Source of the DNA: Lama glama
Lineage: Eukaryota
DNA: 64,000 nt
Assembly (NCBI GenBank): GCA_028534125.1
Contig: CM052816.1
Location: forward strand, 66,218,001-66,282,000
Reading direction: 5' to 3'
In this document: positions 12,051 through 26,550 of the stretch, piece after piece
Position numbering within the stretch: the stretch's first letter is position 1
Layout of the letters: each line of letters opens with the position of its first letter
Position numbers and translations under genes: made by a program
The notes under the pieces: generated by a model
Told to the model about the DNA's origin: nothing
What the model saw: the letters and a program-made list of their open reading frames with translations, nothing else
Databases searched by the model: none

Positions 12051-12759
12051 TTAGATGCTAAAATACTGATGTTGTTTGGATTCAGGGCAAAGCAAGTTGA
12101 CTGTACAATAGGTGATTCTCCACCCAGGGAACTCAGTATCTTCATCCGAGCAATTCTGTATAAGACCACACCCCACACCTATATGTGTCCATGGTATTTA
12201 AAGCTCATGGACTAAATCCTAACCCCAAATTCAAATACTTTAGCCTTTATTCTTCCACTGAGTCATGGTTGGATTTTATGGTTACTATTAGCTCCCAGTA
12301 GAACATACGAACTTCCACTATAGCAACATGACTTTGTTCTTGGAAATATGTAACCTCTCATCCACACACAGGAATGTGAGTAGAAAGCCAGCATGCCAAT
12401 CAGTAATGTGTAGGAAGCAGTCTTTCATAGAACTTTAAGGATCACTTCCAATTTACCAGGCAGGGCAGTAAGGTTCAGCAGTTCAAATAAATAGCCCAAG
12501 GTCATACAGCAAGCTGACTGTGAAGGCTGACAGAGATTCCCCTAATAAATAAGTTACTGATTTAGCCTCCAGCCTTGGACACCTGTCCCTCTGACGACAT
12601 CACCCGGTATTAATAATTTCAGCATACACACGTCAATGAACACTTTCAATTTATAACCATCCTTTCCCACTTCTCTCTCGAGGAGAAAAGCCTTGAATAA
12701 GTATTTTAAAAGGCTCCCTAGGTTTCTTATGTATGTGGAAGGCTGAGATTCACTAGCCT

Positions 12760-13110
12760 CTGTACACCCATGTTCATTACAGCATCATTCACAGTAGCCC
12801 AGAGGTGGACGCTAACCCAAGTATCCATCAACTGATGAATGGATGAACAAGATGTGGTATAGACATACACTGGACTATATTACTCAGCCTTAAAATGGAA
12901 ATTCTGACACATGCTACCACACAGATGTACTCGGGAATTAATCCATGTGAAATAAACCAGTCACAAGAAACCCCCCCCAATATTGTATGATTTCACTTAC
13001 ATGAGTCAAATACAAAGGGACTGAAAGTGGAATGGTGGTAGCCAGGGCTGAAGTGAGGGGAAAACAGTCACTGTTTAACAGGTATAGAGGTTCACTTTTG
13101 CAAAATGAAA
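12760..13110 (+). mobile_element. Old L1 (L1MB-like) 3' fragment
   Basis: CCCATGTTCATTACAGCATCATTCACAGTAGCC...GATGAATGGATGAAC, matching the L1 ORF2 end and 3' UTR. Confidence 0.8.
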
Positions 13111-13111
13111 T

Positions 13112-13420
13112 GAATTCCAAAATTCATCCATTTCCCCTAGGTGGTTTAATTTGTTGGCGTATAACTGCTATGATCCTTTGTATTTCTGCTTTTTTCTCTT
13201 AGAGTCTAAATAGGTTTGTTGATTTTGCTTATCTTTTCCAAGAATCAGCTCTTACTTTTTCATCTTTTCCATTTTTTAAGTCACTACATTTATTTCCACT
13301 CTGCTATTTGTTAATTCTTTCCTCCTGCTAACACTGGACTTTGTTCTTTCTTATTTTTCTAGTTTCTTGTAAAGTTTGACTTTTTTTTAGTATCTTGATA
13401 TAGCCATTTATCACTAAGAT
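13112..13420 (-). mobile_element. Inverted L1 ORF2 fragment
   Basis: Reverse complement reads ...GAAATACAAAGGATCATAG...CAACAAATTAAACCACCTAGGGGAAATGGATGAATT, homologous to the L1 at ~22950-23040. Confidence 0.75.
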
Positions 13421-13531
13421 TTTTTAAAATTTTGGTAAAATATGCTAAGATGGTAAATTTTATGTTGCATAACAAAGTGAATACATGCTGAACTGTATGC
13501 CTAACATAAAGTTTACCAAGCTTAATATTAT

Positions 13532-15872
13532 TAGCAGAAGGAAGGAATTAAAGATCACAGTGGAAATAAATTTCTAGAAACATGTAATCTACCAAGGCTG
13601 AATCATGAATAGTCTGAACAGACCAATTACTAGTAAGGAAACAACAAAAGGTCAGGACCAGATGGCTTCACTGGTGAATTCTACCAAACATTTGAAGAAG
13701 AATTAATACTAACACTTTTAACAGTTCATTTCATGAGGCCAGCATTCCCCTGATACCAAAACCAGACAAGGACACAAGAAAAGTAAGGCCAATACCCCCG
13801 AAGAATATGGATGTAAAAATACTCAACAAAATATTATCAAACTGAATTCAACAATACATTAAAAGAATTATGCAACATGATCAAGTGAGATTTACTCTAG
13901 GGATGCAGGGATGATTCAACATCTGCCTATCAGTCAAAATGAAGGACAAAAATCACGATCATCTCAATAGATGCAGAAAATCATCTGACAAAATTCAACA
14001 TCCATTTACGATTTAAAAAAAACTCTTACAAAGTGGTTATAGAAAGACTGTAGTTCAACATAATAAAGGCCATATGTGACAAGCCCACAGCTAACATCAT
14101 ACTCCAAGGTGAAAAACTGAAAGCTTTTCCTCTAAGATAAGGAACAACAGAGAAATACCATTTCTTGCCACTCTGATTCAATATGGTATTGGAAGTCTTC
14201 ACCAGAGAAATTAGACAAGAAAAAGGGAATGATAGGCATCCGAATTGGAAAGGAAAAGGTAAAACGGTCACTACCTGAAGATGACACTAAAGACTCCACA
14301 AAATGGTAGGACTAATAAACAAATTGAGTAGAGTTTCAGGACACAAAATATACAAAACTACGCTGTGTTTGTATATACTTAACAACAAATTAGCAGAGAA
14401 ATTTTTAAAAATCCCATTTACAATTACATCAGAAAAGAATAAAATACCCAGGAATAAATTTAATCAAGGAGGTAAAAAATATGTACACTGAACTGTAATG
14501 TTAATGTAATGCAGACATTACTGGAAAAAATTGAAGACACAAATGGAAAGGTATTTTGTGCTTACAGGTTCAAAGAATTAATATTGTTATAATGTCCATA
14601 CTACCCAAAGCAATCTACAGATTCAATGCAATCCCTATCAAAATTCCAATGGCATTTTTCACAGAAATATAATAATCCTCAAATTTATGTGAAACCACAA
14701 AAAACCCCTCAAAATAGCCAAAGCAATCATGAGCAAGAACAAAGCTAGAGTAATCAAAACAGTATTTTGTGGCATGAAAACAGACCCAGATCAATGGAAA
14801 AGAGTCCAAGAATAAAACTGCACATGTACATGTGGTCAATTAATTTACAACAAAGGAGTCAAGTATATACAATTGGGCAAGGACAGTCTTTTTAATAAGT
14901 GGTGCTGAGAAAACTGGACCATTAACTTACACCACATACAAAAGATTTGAACATAAGACCTAAAGCTATTAAACTCCTAGAAGAAAACATGAGCAGTAAA
15001 CTCCTTGACATCAGTCCTGGTGATGATATTTTAGATCTGACTCCAAAAGCAAAGGCAAAAAAAGCAAAAATAAACAAGCGGGACTACAAACTAAATAGCT
15101 TCTAAGAAAACCAACAAAATGAAAAGGTAACCTACACACATCAATAGCAAAAGAAAAAAAAAAAACTAATGAGCAGAGGACCTAAACAGATGTTTTTCCA
15201 ATAAAGACATACCGCTGGTCAATAGGTACATGAAAAGATGCTCAACATCACTAATCACCAGGGAAATGCAAATCAAAGCCACAGTGAGCCATCACCTCAT
15301 ACCTTTTAGAATGGCTATTATGAAACATATAAGAAATAGCAAGTATTGGTGAGAATGTGGAGTCTATTCAGTCAAGAGAAAAGGGAACAACTGTGTACTG
15401 TGGGTGAGAATGTAAATTTTGCATCCACTATGGAAAACAGTATGAGGTTCCTCAAAAACAGAAGTACTGTATGATCCAGCAGTTCCACTGCTGGGTACTC
15501 ATCTGAAGAAAACAAACACTAACTCATGTTCACAGCAGCATAATTCACAATAGCCAAGATGCAGAAACAATCTAAGAGCACACACATGGGTGAATAAAGA
15601 AAGAAGATGTGATACACACATATTATGGAATATTATGCAGCAACAAAAAGATGAAATCTTGCCATTTGCAACAACATGGATGGACCTGGAGGGCATTATG
15701 CTAAATGAAATAAGTCAAACAAAGACAAATACTGTATGATCTCATTTATATGTGGAATAAAAAAGATATAGCTGAAAGAGACAGAACAGATTGGTGGTTG
15801 CTGGAAGCAGGGATGGGGGAGGTAGGCAAAAATGGTGAAGGTCAAAGGGTATAAACTTTCAGTTATAAGATA
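13532..15872 (+). mobile_element. 5'-truncated L1 (ORF2 RT to 3' UTR), degraded
   Basis: GGACCAGATGGCTTCACTGGTGAATTCTACC ([10 protein letters not shown]), ATCTCAATAGATGCAGAAAA (ISIDAEK), ORF2 C-terminus and a 3' UTR that stops before the poly(A). Confidence 0.9.
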
Positions 15873-15884
15873 TTGACTATCCTT

Positions 15885-16478
15885 ACACACTGCTGAGTGT
15901 AAAATGATGTAGCCTCTGGAAAACATGCTGGCAGTTCCCCAAATGGTTAAAAATAGCTACTGTATGACCCAGCAATTGCACTTCTAGGTACATTACCAAG
16001 AGAAATGAAAACGTAAGTCCACACAACTCTTGCTATTATAAACATTTCTGTGCAGAAGTTATAATAACCAACAAGTGGAAATGGCCTGAGTGTCCATCAA
16101 CTAATGAAAGGGTAAATAAAATGTGGCACATGCAGTACAAATAATGGAATATCATTCTGCTATAAGATGTACTGATACAGGCTACAATGTAGATAAACCT
16201 TGTAAACCTTGAAAACATTGTGCTAAGTGAAAGAAGTCAGACACAAAGGACTACACAGTGCAGGGTTCCATTTGTATGAAATGTCCAAAACAGGCACATC
16301 TATCTAGTCAGGAGAACAGGGAGCAAATCCTAATGAGCATGAGGTTTCTTTCTGGGGTGATGAAAACTGATTATGGTAAAGGTTGCATAGTTCTGTGAAA
16401 ATTGATTGTGCTAAATGAGTGAATTGCATGGTATGTGAATTATACCTCAATAGGTGGTTATATTTAAAAAAAAAAAAA
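15885..16478 (+). mobile_element. Old L1 (L1MB/MC-like) 3' end with poly(A)
   Basis: TATGACCCAGCAATTGCACTTCTAGG...GTATGTGAATTATACCTCAAT followed by an A-run at 16465-16478. Confidence 0.85.
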
Positions 16479-18053
16479 GAATCAGTGTTCTAAATAATGA
16501 GAATGTATGTTGTCCTAAGAGATCTCTCCAGAAGGAATCCCCATGCCCTACTGGGGAAACCATTCCACTGATAGAGGATTCTGTCAATCAGAAAATATAC
16601 CTCATGCCCAACACAAGCCTTTCAAACAGGAATTCAAGCCCAGTATTAGATGTCAGGTCAGCTGCTTACTGGGGAGGGCATTTGAATACATTCTGGTGAA
16701 CATGAGGAACCCCGACCGCGCTTGGCTTGGCTGCTGCCCCTACTCTCTCTACTCAGCTCCCTGAAGGTCCAGTGAGTGCCGGGTCCCAGAGAAGTGTGGC
16801 ACTTCTGCCAAGTGGTGGCAGGGTCCCCTCTGGCACTTGAAGAGTACCGAAATGTCACAGCATCCAACACAACACTCTATTCTACTTTCATTCACCCTGC
16901 GTTAGTGGTAGTAATTACAACCCAGGTATTGAGCACTTACTACCTTCTCAGCCTTTTGTCCAGTGCATTGAAAACACTTACAGGCAACAATTTATTCCCA
17001 CATATCAATGTCTCTGCCATGTGCAATACTGTTTGTTTGCATAAGATGTTCTGGGGAGTTATTTAGGGAAAACTCTAAACACCATTTGGAGAAAGAAAAA
17101 AAATTATAACTGTTCTTTCTTTCTATAAAAATAATAGTGCAGTAAATGATTTTCATCTCTAATTGTTAAAAATCTATGCTGTGTTCTGGGGTTTCTATTC
17201 CCAAACTAGAAAATGGGAAGAGTCTATTTCCAGATTCTAGTTGCAGTTCCAATGTCTTACCTTCCCTTTCCTGTGCAATTGGCTGAACCAGAGCAGCAAA
17301 GAAAGGTCATTCTGTTGCCAGGGGGGTGACATTTAGGCCAGGATCTGGGATTGCTGAGCAGCAGGACAAGCTCTCATATTAGCTTGTTCCCTGCTGAGCC
17401 CCAGCCTGGAGACAGACTTCAGGAGGAGGAATGGATAAGGGTTTTGACCCACTTGCCTGAAGAAGGGCCACAGAACACAGACCAAAGCTGGAGGAAAGGG
17501 AGAATGGGAGCTTAGCCAAAGGTTTGTGTTGCTAAAATAAAAGGTCAAATATTTCAGTCTTTGAGTCCTTGCCCTTAGCCAGGCCTGAGCGGATGGCAGC
17601 TCTCTCCTGCTTTGTCAGTATTCTGCAACTATGCAAGGATCATTCTAAGGGTTGACAAATCCTGCTCAATGTAGAGGTTTCCTCCCCATCCTTTTTTCTC
17701 CAGACATGAGCTTACATGGGAAAAGTTCAGATTAACAATACAGAGGAAAGGATGCTGTCTGAGCTTGCTGGTAGAGCAGCTGCCCATGCTCCGGTTCATC
17801 ATTCTCAGTCCAAACGACTCCCCAAAACCCTGCACTCAGCCAAGCTTGTCTACTCTCCATCTGTTGAAGAGACTGAACACAAGCCTCTTGCAGCTTTGCC
17901 CATGTGAGTTATTTCCTGAAGCACTGTCCCTCATCTTTCCCCCTTCCCAATTCAACCTACTCTTCAAGACTGAAACTGCTGTGTGTTGTTACATCTGGTG
18001 CCCAGACTTCTAAATAAGCATTTTATTTTGGAGCCAAAAATCCAGATTTCTGG

Positions 18054-21000
18054 GTGATGTCACCAACATAGCAACACAGGTCATTCTTGACTTCAATCCT
18101 TCCCAAGAACAACTCTTCAGGTACAAGACAGCACTAAGAAAATCCTAGAGCACGTGGGAGAGGCTGAAGCACCCTCCCTGCAACCCAGAGAGTCAACAGA
18201 GACTGCATTAGCAGGGTAAGGGGAGCAGCTACATGCTGATTGGGTTGCCCCTCCCCTGAGCTGGTGCAGCTCCACACTGAGAGCTTACAGTTTATCCAGT
18301 GGGAAAAGAGCCCTGGATGGACATGCCGCTCCCCCAGCATTGTGGGTTCCTTCTTGGGAGGCTCCATCCCCATCTCTCCCTACAGGAATGGAGAGGGAAC
18401 CTATAAGGCTTGCCCAGTGGGAATCTGATTCTAATGTAGAAGCAGGGACAGGCTGACACCCACCAGCTCTTGGATCTTGGCACACTGAGTTCCTACCTTC
18501 AGCACCCAAGTAACAGTAACAACCAGTGGCTTGGCTCATCACTGGCACCAAAATGGTGGTGCAGTCTGACCAGGGAACACAGCAGGGCACGAATCTGCCT
18601 GGCACAGGTCCTCAAAGAGCTTTCCTGCCCTGCAGCCTAGCCTTCCCCGTACCCAGGCAGGGTAGCTGAGTCACAGCGTGGCTCACTCCTGAATGTAGCT
18701 TCTGGCAATGCCTGATTAAAAAGGCTGGCAAGAACACCTGGGTTGCAGAGCACAACAACACCTGAGCAGACAGTATGGCAGGCAGAGCTGATTTTCTGCA
18801 GAGCAAAGCCAGTGGCCTTACATGGCTTGGGAACTTAGGGTGTGGGGCGGCTTGAGATAAGGAGAACCAGATCCAAGTCTGGTCTTTTCTATGTGGGGAG
18901 GGAAACTAATTCACAGCCCCACCCATTGCTGACTATAGCCCTTAGTCCACTTGCCCAGGGAGCCTAACCAGAGCACCTGGGATGCTCTGTAGCCTATCCA
19001 GTGGCCCTACCTACAGTGGCACTTAAGCAGAGAGCAAAACTAGTGGTCCCATCTGGCCAGAGAATTCACTACACAGACTTGACTGATTAAGGTTTCCACA
19101 CAACAAGCTGTAACACCCCTGGGATAAGTCCTGTGCCTTGCCATGAATTAGCAGGGAAGCTAATTCATAGCACCATCTACTTCTGAGTATAGTACCTATT
19201 TCCAGCCATCTAATAAGCTTGGGCAGGGAATCAAGCCAGCAGGACACCCCCACCCTCTAACCTCAGAGCTTGGGCAATGGCTTCACACAAAAATAGACCC
19301 TAATAACAAGCCCTAGCTGCCCAAGGATGTTGCCAGCAGACACAACCAGAAACTCAAATTGAGCTAGCTGGTGAACTCTCTGTGCTGAAGTGAACCTATA
19401 AAGTTTGGATGAGGAAACTGCTTACTCAACTTTGCAGATACCACTGTAAAGAATTAAGAATTATGAAAAATCAGGTAAACATGACACCACCAACTGAAAC
19501 TAATAAGGCTCCAATAACTGACATTAAAGAAATGGAAATCTATGAGCTGTTGGACAAATAAATCAGAATAGTCCTCTTGAAGCTTAGTGAACTACAGGAA
19601 CACACAACTAAACAAAATTAGGAAAACAATGCATGAACAAGATGTGAAATTCAACTAAGAAATAGTAAACCTCCACCACTCCCCAAAAAAACCCCCAAAA
19701 CCTAGAGCAGAAAACTTCCATGAACTAAAGAATTCAATAGAGAGCTTCAAAAGCAGACTCAACCAGGCAAAAGAAAAAATCAGTAATGTAGAAGACAGAA
19801 CATCTACAATTATCCAGCCAGAAGAGCAACAGGGAGAAAGAATGAAAAGAGAGTAAAGAAAGCCTACAGGACTTACGGAACACAATAAAAACACCACCAC
19901 CACCACCCAATATCCACATCATGGCAAAAGAAAGGAGCAGAAAGTATATTTAAAGCAAATAATGACAGAAAATTTCCCACATTTGAGGAGAGCAATGGAC
20001 ATCCAGACCCATGAATCCCAAAGGACCCCAAATAGGTTAACTTGAAGAGAACTACATTGAGACACATTATAATCAAATTGTCAAATGTCAAAGAATTCTG
20101 AAAGCAGCAAGAGAAAAGAAAGAAGTGACAAGGAAACACAAGATTATTGGTGGATTTCTCAATAGAAACTTTTCAGGTCAGGAGAAAATTAGATTATAAT
20201 ATTCAAAATACTGAAAGAAAAAAAAAAACTGTCAACCAAGAATTCCACACAAAGAAAAGCTGTCCTTCAGAAATGAAGAGACAAAGACTTTACCAAACAA
20301 ACAAAAGCTGAGAAAGTTTATTACCACTAGACCTGTTTTACAAGAAATGCTGAAGGGAATTCTCTGAGTGGAAGTAAAAAATTCTAATTACATCATAAAA
20401 CATAAAAGGATAGGGTAAAAACTCACTGGAAATAACAAATATATAGTCAAAATTGAATTCTATAATATGGTAATCATGGTGTGTAGTTCATTTACACCTT
20501 GAGTTTAAAAGTTAAATATAGTAAAAATAAATGTTATTATAATCTGTTATTAGTTACACAATATAAATATATGTAAACTGAACATTAATAACTTAAGTTG
20601 TGAGGGGAAGGGGAAGTAAAAGTGTAAAGTTTAGGAGTACAATTAAAGCTACCTGCTTTAAATAGGGTGTAATAATTTTAAAATACTGTATGTAACCCTC
20701 AGACAAAAACCCATAGTAATTACACAAAAGAATATGATTTAAAAAATCAAAGCCAACTGCCGAAATATATCAAAACATAAAAAAGACAGCAGGATAAGAA
20801 ACAAGGAAAAATTAATCTACAAAATATCCAGAAAACAATTAACAAAATGCCAATAGTAATTGCTTACCTGCCAATAATTATCTTAAAGGTAAGTGGATTA
20901 AATTTTCAAACCCAAAGACATAGAATGGCTTGGATTAAAAAAAAAATAGGACCCAAAGATATGCTACCTACAAGAGAGTGCCTTTAGCTTTAAAGATACA

Positions 21001-24000
21001 CAGACTGAGAGTGAAGGGATGGAAAATTGTATTTCAAGCAAATAGTAACCAAAAAGGCAGATGTACTTATACTCAAATCAGACAACAGACTTTAAACTAA
21101 AAATGGTGCAAAGATACAAGGTCATTATGTGATAAAGGTGTTGCTCTATCATGATATATAACAATTGTTAACTATTTATGCACCCAACATTGGAGCACCT
21201 AAACATATAAAGCAAAACCTAACAGAGCTAAAAGGAGAAATAAACAGCAATACAGTAATAGTTGGAAACTTTAATACTCCACTCTCAACAATGGATAGAT
21301 CATCCAGATAGAATAAAAAAAAGAATGGGATTTGAACAACACTGCAGACAAAATAGACCTAACAGACATATGCAGAATATTCTGTCCAACAACAAAATAT
21401 AGCTGATGCTTGAACAGCATGGGGATTTGGGACATCAACCCTCCATACAGTCAAAAATCCATGTATAAATTTTGAGTCCACAAAAAGTGAACGACTAGTA
21501 GCCTACTGTTGACAAGAAGCCTTATTGATAACAAACAACTGAGTAACACATATTTTGCATGTTATGTTTATTATATTCCATATTCTTATGATAAAATAAG
21601 TTAGGGAAAATATTATTAAGAAAATTATAAGAGAAAATAGATTTATAGTACCATGCTTCTCAATACCATAAGCTTGTCATCAGTTTACAAGATAAATCAT
21701 CTATCAGTACCTACATCAATATTGTCTTACATGATACAAAACACTGTAGATGTTAATTCTTATTACTAACAATAGGAATCAAAATGAAAAGATACTATGA
21801 AAAAATAAATGCACTGATAATGAAGAAGCAGTGTGATTGTTTCATGGTAGCCTAGCCTGTACACTAATAAAATTATGAGATTTTTTTATGGCATACAATA
21901 TTACGGTCATATTCTTAATACAGTATTAGAAATACTGTTACACTTTTAAGAGACCCACTTATCTATGATGAAAGTTTCTCCAATTATGAGAGAGAGGGAT
22001 ATTCTGTATGGTAATGTAATTCTTTGAAAGCAAAGTTATAAACATGAAGAAACTAAGATATCATTAATTTTAATATCCCTCACCCTAAGCCTATGTAAGG
22101 ACAGCCTAGTATTTAGATATATTTTATGCATTCATGACATACCAAACTTTAAAAAATATTTTTCCATATTTCTAGGGTACGTGGTTTGTGAGTTTTTTCA
22201 AATTGAAAAATTTTTTCAACATATTTATTGAAAAGAATCCACATATAAGTGGAACCGTGCAGTTCAAAGCCATGTTGTTCAAGAGTCAGCAGTACATTCT
22301 TTTCAAATGCACATGGAATATTTTATAGGATAGACCATATTATAGGCCACAAAACAAGTCTTAGAAAATTCAAGAAGACTGAAATCATAGCATGTATCTC
22401 CTCAGACCACAATGCTATGAAACTAGAAATCAATAACAAGGAAAAATAAAAACTTCACAGATTCATGGAATTTAAATACTTATGCAATCAGCAGTGAATT
22501 CAGAGAAGAAATTAAAGGGGGAATAAAGTATCTTGAGACAAATATAAATGGAAACACTACTTACCAAAACTTACAGGATGCAGCAAAAACAGTTCTAAGA
22601 GGGAAGTTCACAGAATTACATTAAGAAATTTACCAAAAAAATTAAGAAATTAAAAAAAAATTAAGAAATTAAAAAAAAACAGTCTCAAATGATGTAACTC
22701 TATGCCCTTGAGGAACTAGGGAAAAAAGAACAGATCAAGCCCAAACTTACCAGAGGGAAAGAAATAATAGATCAGAGCAGAAATAAATGAAACAGAGAAC
22801 AGGAAAACAATAGAAAAAATGAACAAAACTAAGAGTTGATTTTTTGTAAAGATAAATAAAATTAACAAACCTTTACCTAGACTAACCAAGGAAAAAAGAG
22901 GACTCAAATCAACAAAATTACAAAAGAAAAAGGAGACATTGCAACTGATATCACAGAAATACAAAGGATCATAAATGACAACCATGAACAACTATATGCC
23001 AACAAGCTGGACAACCTAGAAGAAATGGGAAAAATTCTTAGAAATATACAATGTACCAAGAATGAATCAGGAATAAATAGAAAATCTGAACAGATGAATT
23101 ACTAGTACGGAAATTGAATCAGTAATCCAAATCTCTCAACAAGGACAAGCCCAGGACTGGATGGCTTCACTACTGAATTTTATCAAAACTTTAAGAATTA
23201 GTTCTCATATACTTCCAAAAAACTGAAAAGGAGGAAACATTTCCAGAATTATTTTATGAAGACAGCATTACTCTGTTACAAAAGTCAGAAAACAGCACTG
23301 TAAGAAAAGAACTACAGGTCAATATTCCTGATGAATATAGATGCAAAAATTCTCATAAAAATACTAGCAAACTGAATTTAACAGCACATTAAGAGGATCA
23401 CTCACCATGATCAAGAAGGATTTATTCCTGGGATGTAAGGATGGTTCAACAGACAAATCAATCGAAGTGATATATCATATTAACAGAATAATAGGGAAAA
23501 ATCATATTAATCTCAATAGGCACAGAAAAACATTGAAAATATTCAACATCTGTTCATAACAAAAATAAAAGAAAAATTCTTAGCGAATTAGGTATGGAAG
23601 GAATGTGCCTCAACATAAAAATAAAGGCCACATATGACAGGCCCACAGCAAACATCATATTCAATGGCAAAGTATGAAAGCTTGTCCTCTAAAACCAGGA
23701 ACAAGACACGGGTGTCAACTCTAAGCACTCCTATTCAACATAGTACTGGAAGTCCTAGCCAGAGCAGTCAGGCAAGAAAATTTTCTTTAAAAGCATCAGA
23801 TATAGAAAGGAAGAAGAAAAACTGCCCCTATTGGCATATGCTGTAATTTTCTATATATATAAACCTCGAGACTTCAGCAAAAAAGTGTTGGATCTAATCA
23901 ACAAATTGAGTAAAGTTGCAGGGTACAAAATTAACATATAAAGTCAGTAGTGTTTTTATACCATAACAGTAAGTTGGCAGAAAAAGAAAATAACCCCATT

Positions 24001-25840
24001 TTTAAGAGTATCAAAAACAATAAAATACATAGGAATAAATTTAACCAAGAAGGTGAAAAGTCCCTACTTTGAAAACTACAAGATGCTGATGAAGAAAATC
24101 AAAGAAGTTACAAATAAATGAAACAACATCCCATGTTCATGAATTGAAAGAATTAATATTGTTTAAAAATGTCATTACTACCCAAAGCCATCTCATATTT
24201 CCATCCAATTCTTATCAAGATTCCAATGGAATTTTTTATAGAAGTAAAAAATAAATCCTAAAATTTACATGAAACCACAAGATACTGAACAGTCAAAGCA
24301 ATCCTGACAAAAAAGAAGAAAGCTAGGTGTTTCCTACTTCCTAATTTCAAGCTGTACTCTAAATTCAGAGTAATCAAAACAGTATGGCATTGGCATAAAA
24401 ACAGACACATAGACCTATGGAACAGAATCAATATCCCAGAAATAAACCCAAATATAATTTGACAAGGGAGCCCAGAATACTCAATGGAAAAAAGATAGTT
24501 GGTTTTGGTTCTGGGAAAATTGAATCTCCACATGTAAAAGAATAAAACTAGATAGATCTCTATCTTACACTACTCATAAAAATTAACATGAAATAGATTG
24601 AAGACTTAACTGTAAGATCTGATACCACAAAACTCCCAGAAGAAAACATAGAAAAAAAGCTTCTTGACATAGATCTTGGCAATGACTTTTTTTTGGATAT
24701 GACACCTAAAGCACAGGCAACAAAATAACTAAACAAGTGTGACCATATCAAATTAAAAAGCTTTTAAACAGCAAAAGAAACAATCAATAAAACAAATGAC
24801 AACTTATGGAATGGGAAAAATATTTGCAAACCATATATCTGGTAAGGGGTTAATATCCAAAATAAACATAGACTCATACAATAGCAGAAAACGCCCCAAA
24901 TAATCTAATTCAAGAGTGAGCAGAGGATACAAATAGACATTTGTCTTAAGAATATATACAGATGACTAACAGGCATATGAAAATATGCTCAACATAAATA
25001 GTCATTAAAGAAATGCAAATCAAAACCATAATGAGGTATCACTTTCTGCCTGTTAGAATGGCCATCATCAGAAAGACAAGAGATAACAAGGACATGAAGA
25101 AAAGAGAACCCTTATGCACTGCTGGTGGGACTATAAATTGGTACAGCCACTGTGGAGATTCCTCAAAAAATTAGAAATAGAACTACCGTATGATCCAGCA
25201 GTTCCACTTCTGGGAATGTCATAAAGGAAACAAACACTGTCAAAGAAATATCTGAACCTCCGTGTTCATAGCAGCATTATTGAACAGATAAAGAAGTGGT
25301 GGAATATATATACACAATGGAGTATTATTCAGAAATAAAAGCCAAGGAATGTCAGCCATTTGTGACAACACAGGTGGACCTTGAGGCCGTTACACTACTT
25401 GGAGTAAGTCAGACAGAGCAAGACAAATATCATATGATCACACTTACATGCAGAATCTAAAAAACAAAACACCCCCCTGCCCTAAACTCACAGGAAAAGA
25501 TACTCAGATTTATGGTAACCAGGGGTGGTGGGGTATTGGATGAAGGTGGTCAAAAGGCATCAACTTCCATCTGTAAAGATTATAAAATAAGGAAGTAGTA
25601 GGGATGTAAATTACAACATGACTACTATAGTTAACACTGTTTCATGATGTATATAAAAGCTGTTGAGAGTGAATCTTACGAGGTCTCATCACAAGGAAAA
25701 AAATTTTTTTTTGTATCTATGAGGTGATCAATGTTAACCATGTGTGGTAATCATTTCACGATACGTGTATGTCAAAGCATTATGTCCTACACCTTAAACT
25801 TATACAGTGCTGTCGTCAATTACATCTCAATCAAACTAGA
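18054..25840 (+). mobile_element. Full-length decayed L1 (5' UTR, ORF1 ~19460-20370, ORF2 from ~20850, L1MA-like 3' UTR)
   Basis: 18-bp TSD AAAAAT(C/T)CAGATTTCTGG at 18036-18053 and 25841-25858; GC-richer 5' UTR; ORF1 and ORF2 (EN, RT) remnants with many stops. Confidence 0.93.
21400..22292. mobile_element. Tigger2-like TcMar DNA transposon (internally deleted) nested in the L1 endonuclease region
   Basis: TIRs TAGCTGATGCTTGAACAGCATG ... CATGTTGTTCAAGAGTCAGCAG; TA duplication at 21398-21399 and 22293-22294; L1 ORF2 resumes seamlessly. Confidence 0.88.
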
Positions 25841-26354
25841 AAAAATTCAGATTTCTGGCTTGTCTTTAAACTTTGGAATGCTCAGAGGGTCTGTGGTGGC
25901 ATACGCTGGGATCTATGGCTGGTCTAGTTCAGACGGGCATGCTCTCTTCGGCTGACACAATCTCTGTCACTCCTGACACTTTGGCATGAAATCCATGTGT
26001 CGATTGTTGGTTCCTTTTGCACTGGAACTTCCTGACAACCAAATCTCTATTCACAGTGGGGAAATGGAAGCTGCACAGAGAAGAGCCTCTTGTCTCAAGA
26101 GAAAGGAGAGCACGCTTTACTTCCGTGAAACAAACTATCTGAATCTTACACTTGGCAGCGTTACTTGTTCAATTGTTTGCATCACCTCCATCCCCCTGTA
26201 GGTGTTTGATTTGGGAACTTTCAAGACCTTGCTGAGTCCCCACTGAGCTCGAAGTTCTTGCTCGATGACTCCAGCACTCACTGAACATCACCTGCTCCCT
26301 ACCAATTCTTTCTCAACCTTGCATTTGGAACTTACTAGTTGCATTTCATACTAG

Positions 26355-26550
26355 CTTTAAAATTGGTATAACATAAATTCACCATTTTAGCTATTTTAAA
26401 GTGTACAATTCAGTAGGTTTTAGTACATTCACAATGTTGTGCAATGACCACTATCTAATTCCAGAACATCTTCATCACCCCTCACCAAAAAAAAAATCTC
26501 TGTACCCATTAAGTAGTTGCTCACTATTCTCAGCCTCCTCTCACCTCCAC
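26355..26550 (-). mobile_element. L1MB-like 3' end fragment
   Basis: AAATTCACCATTTTAG...AAGTGTACAATTCAGTAGGTTTTAGTACATTCACAATGTTGTGCAA is the reverse of an old L1 3' terminus. Confidence 0.8.
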
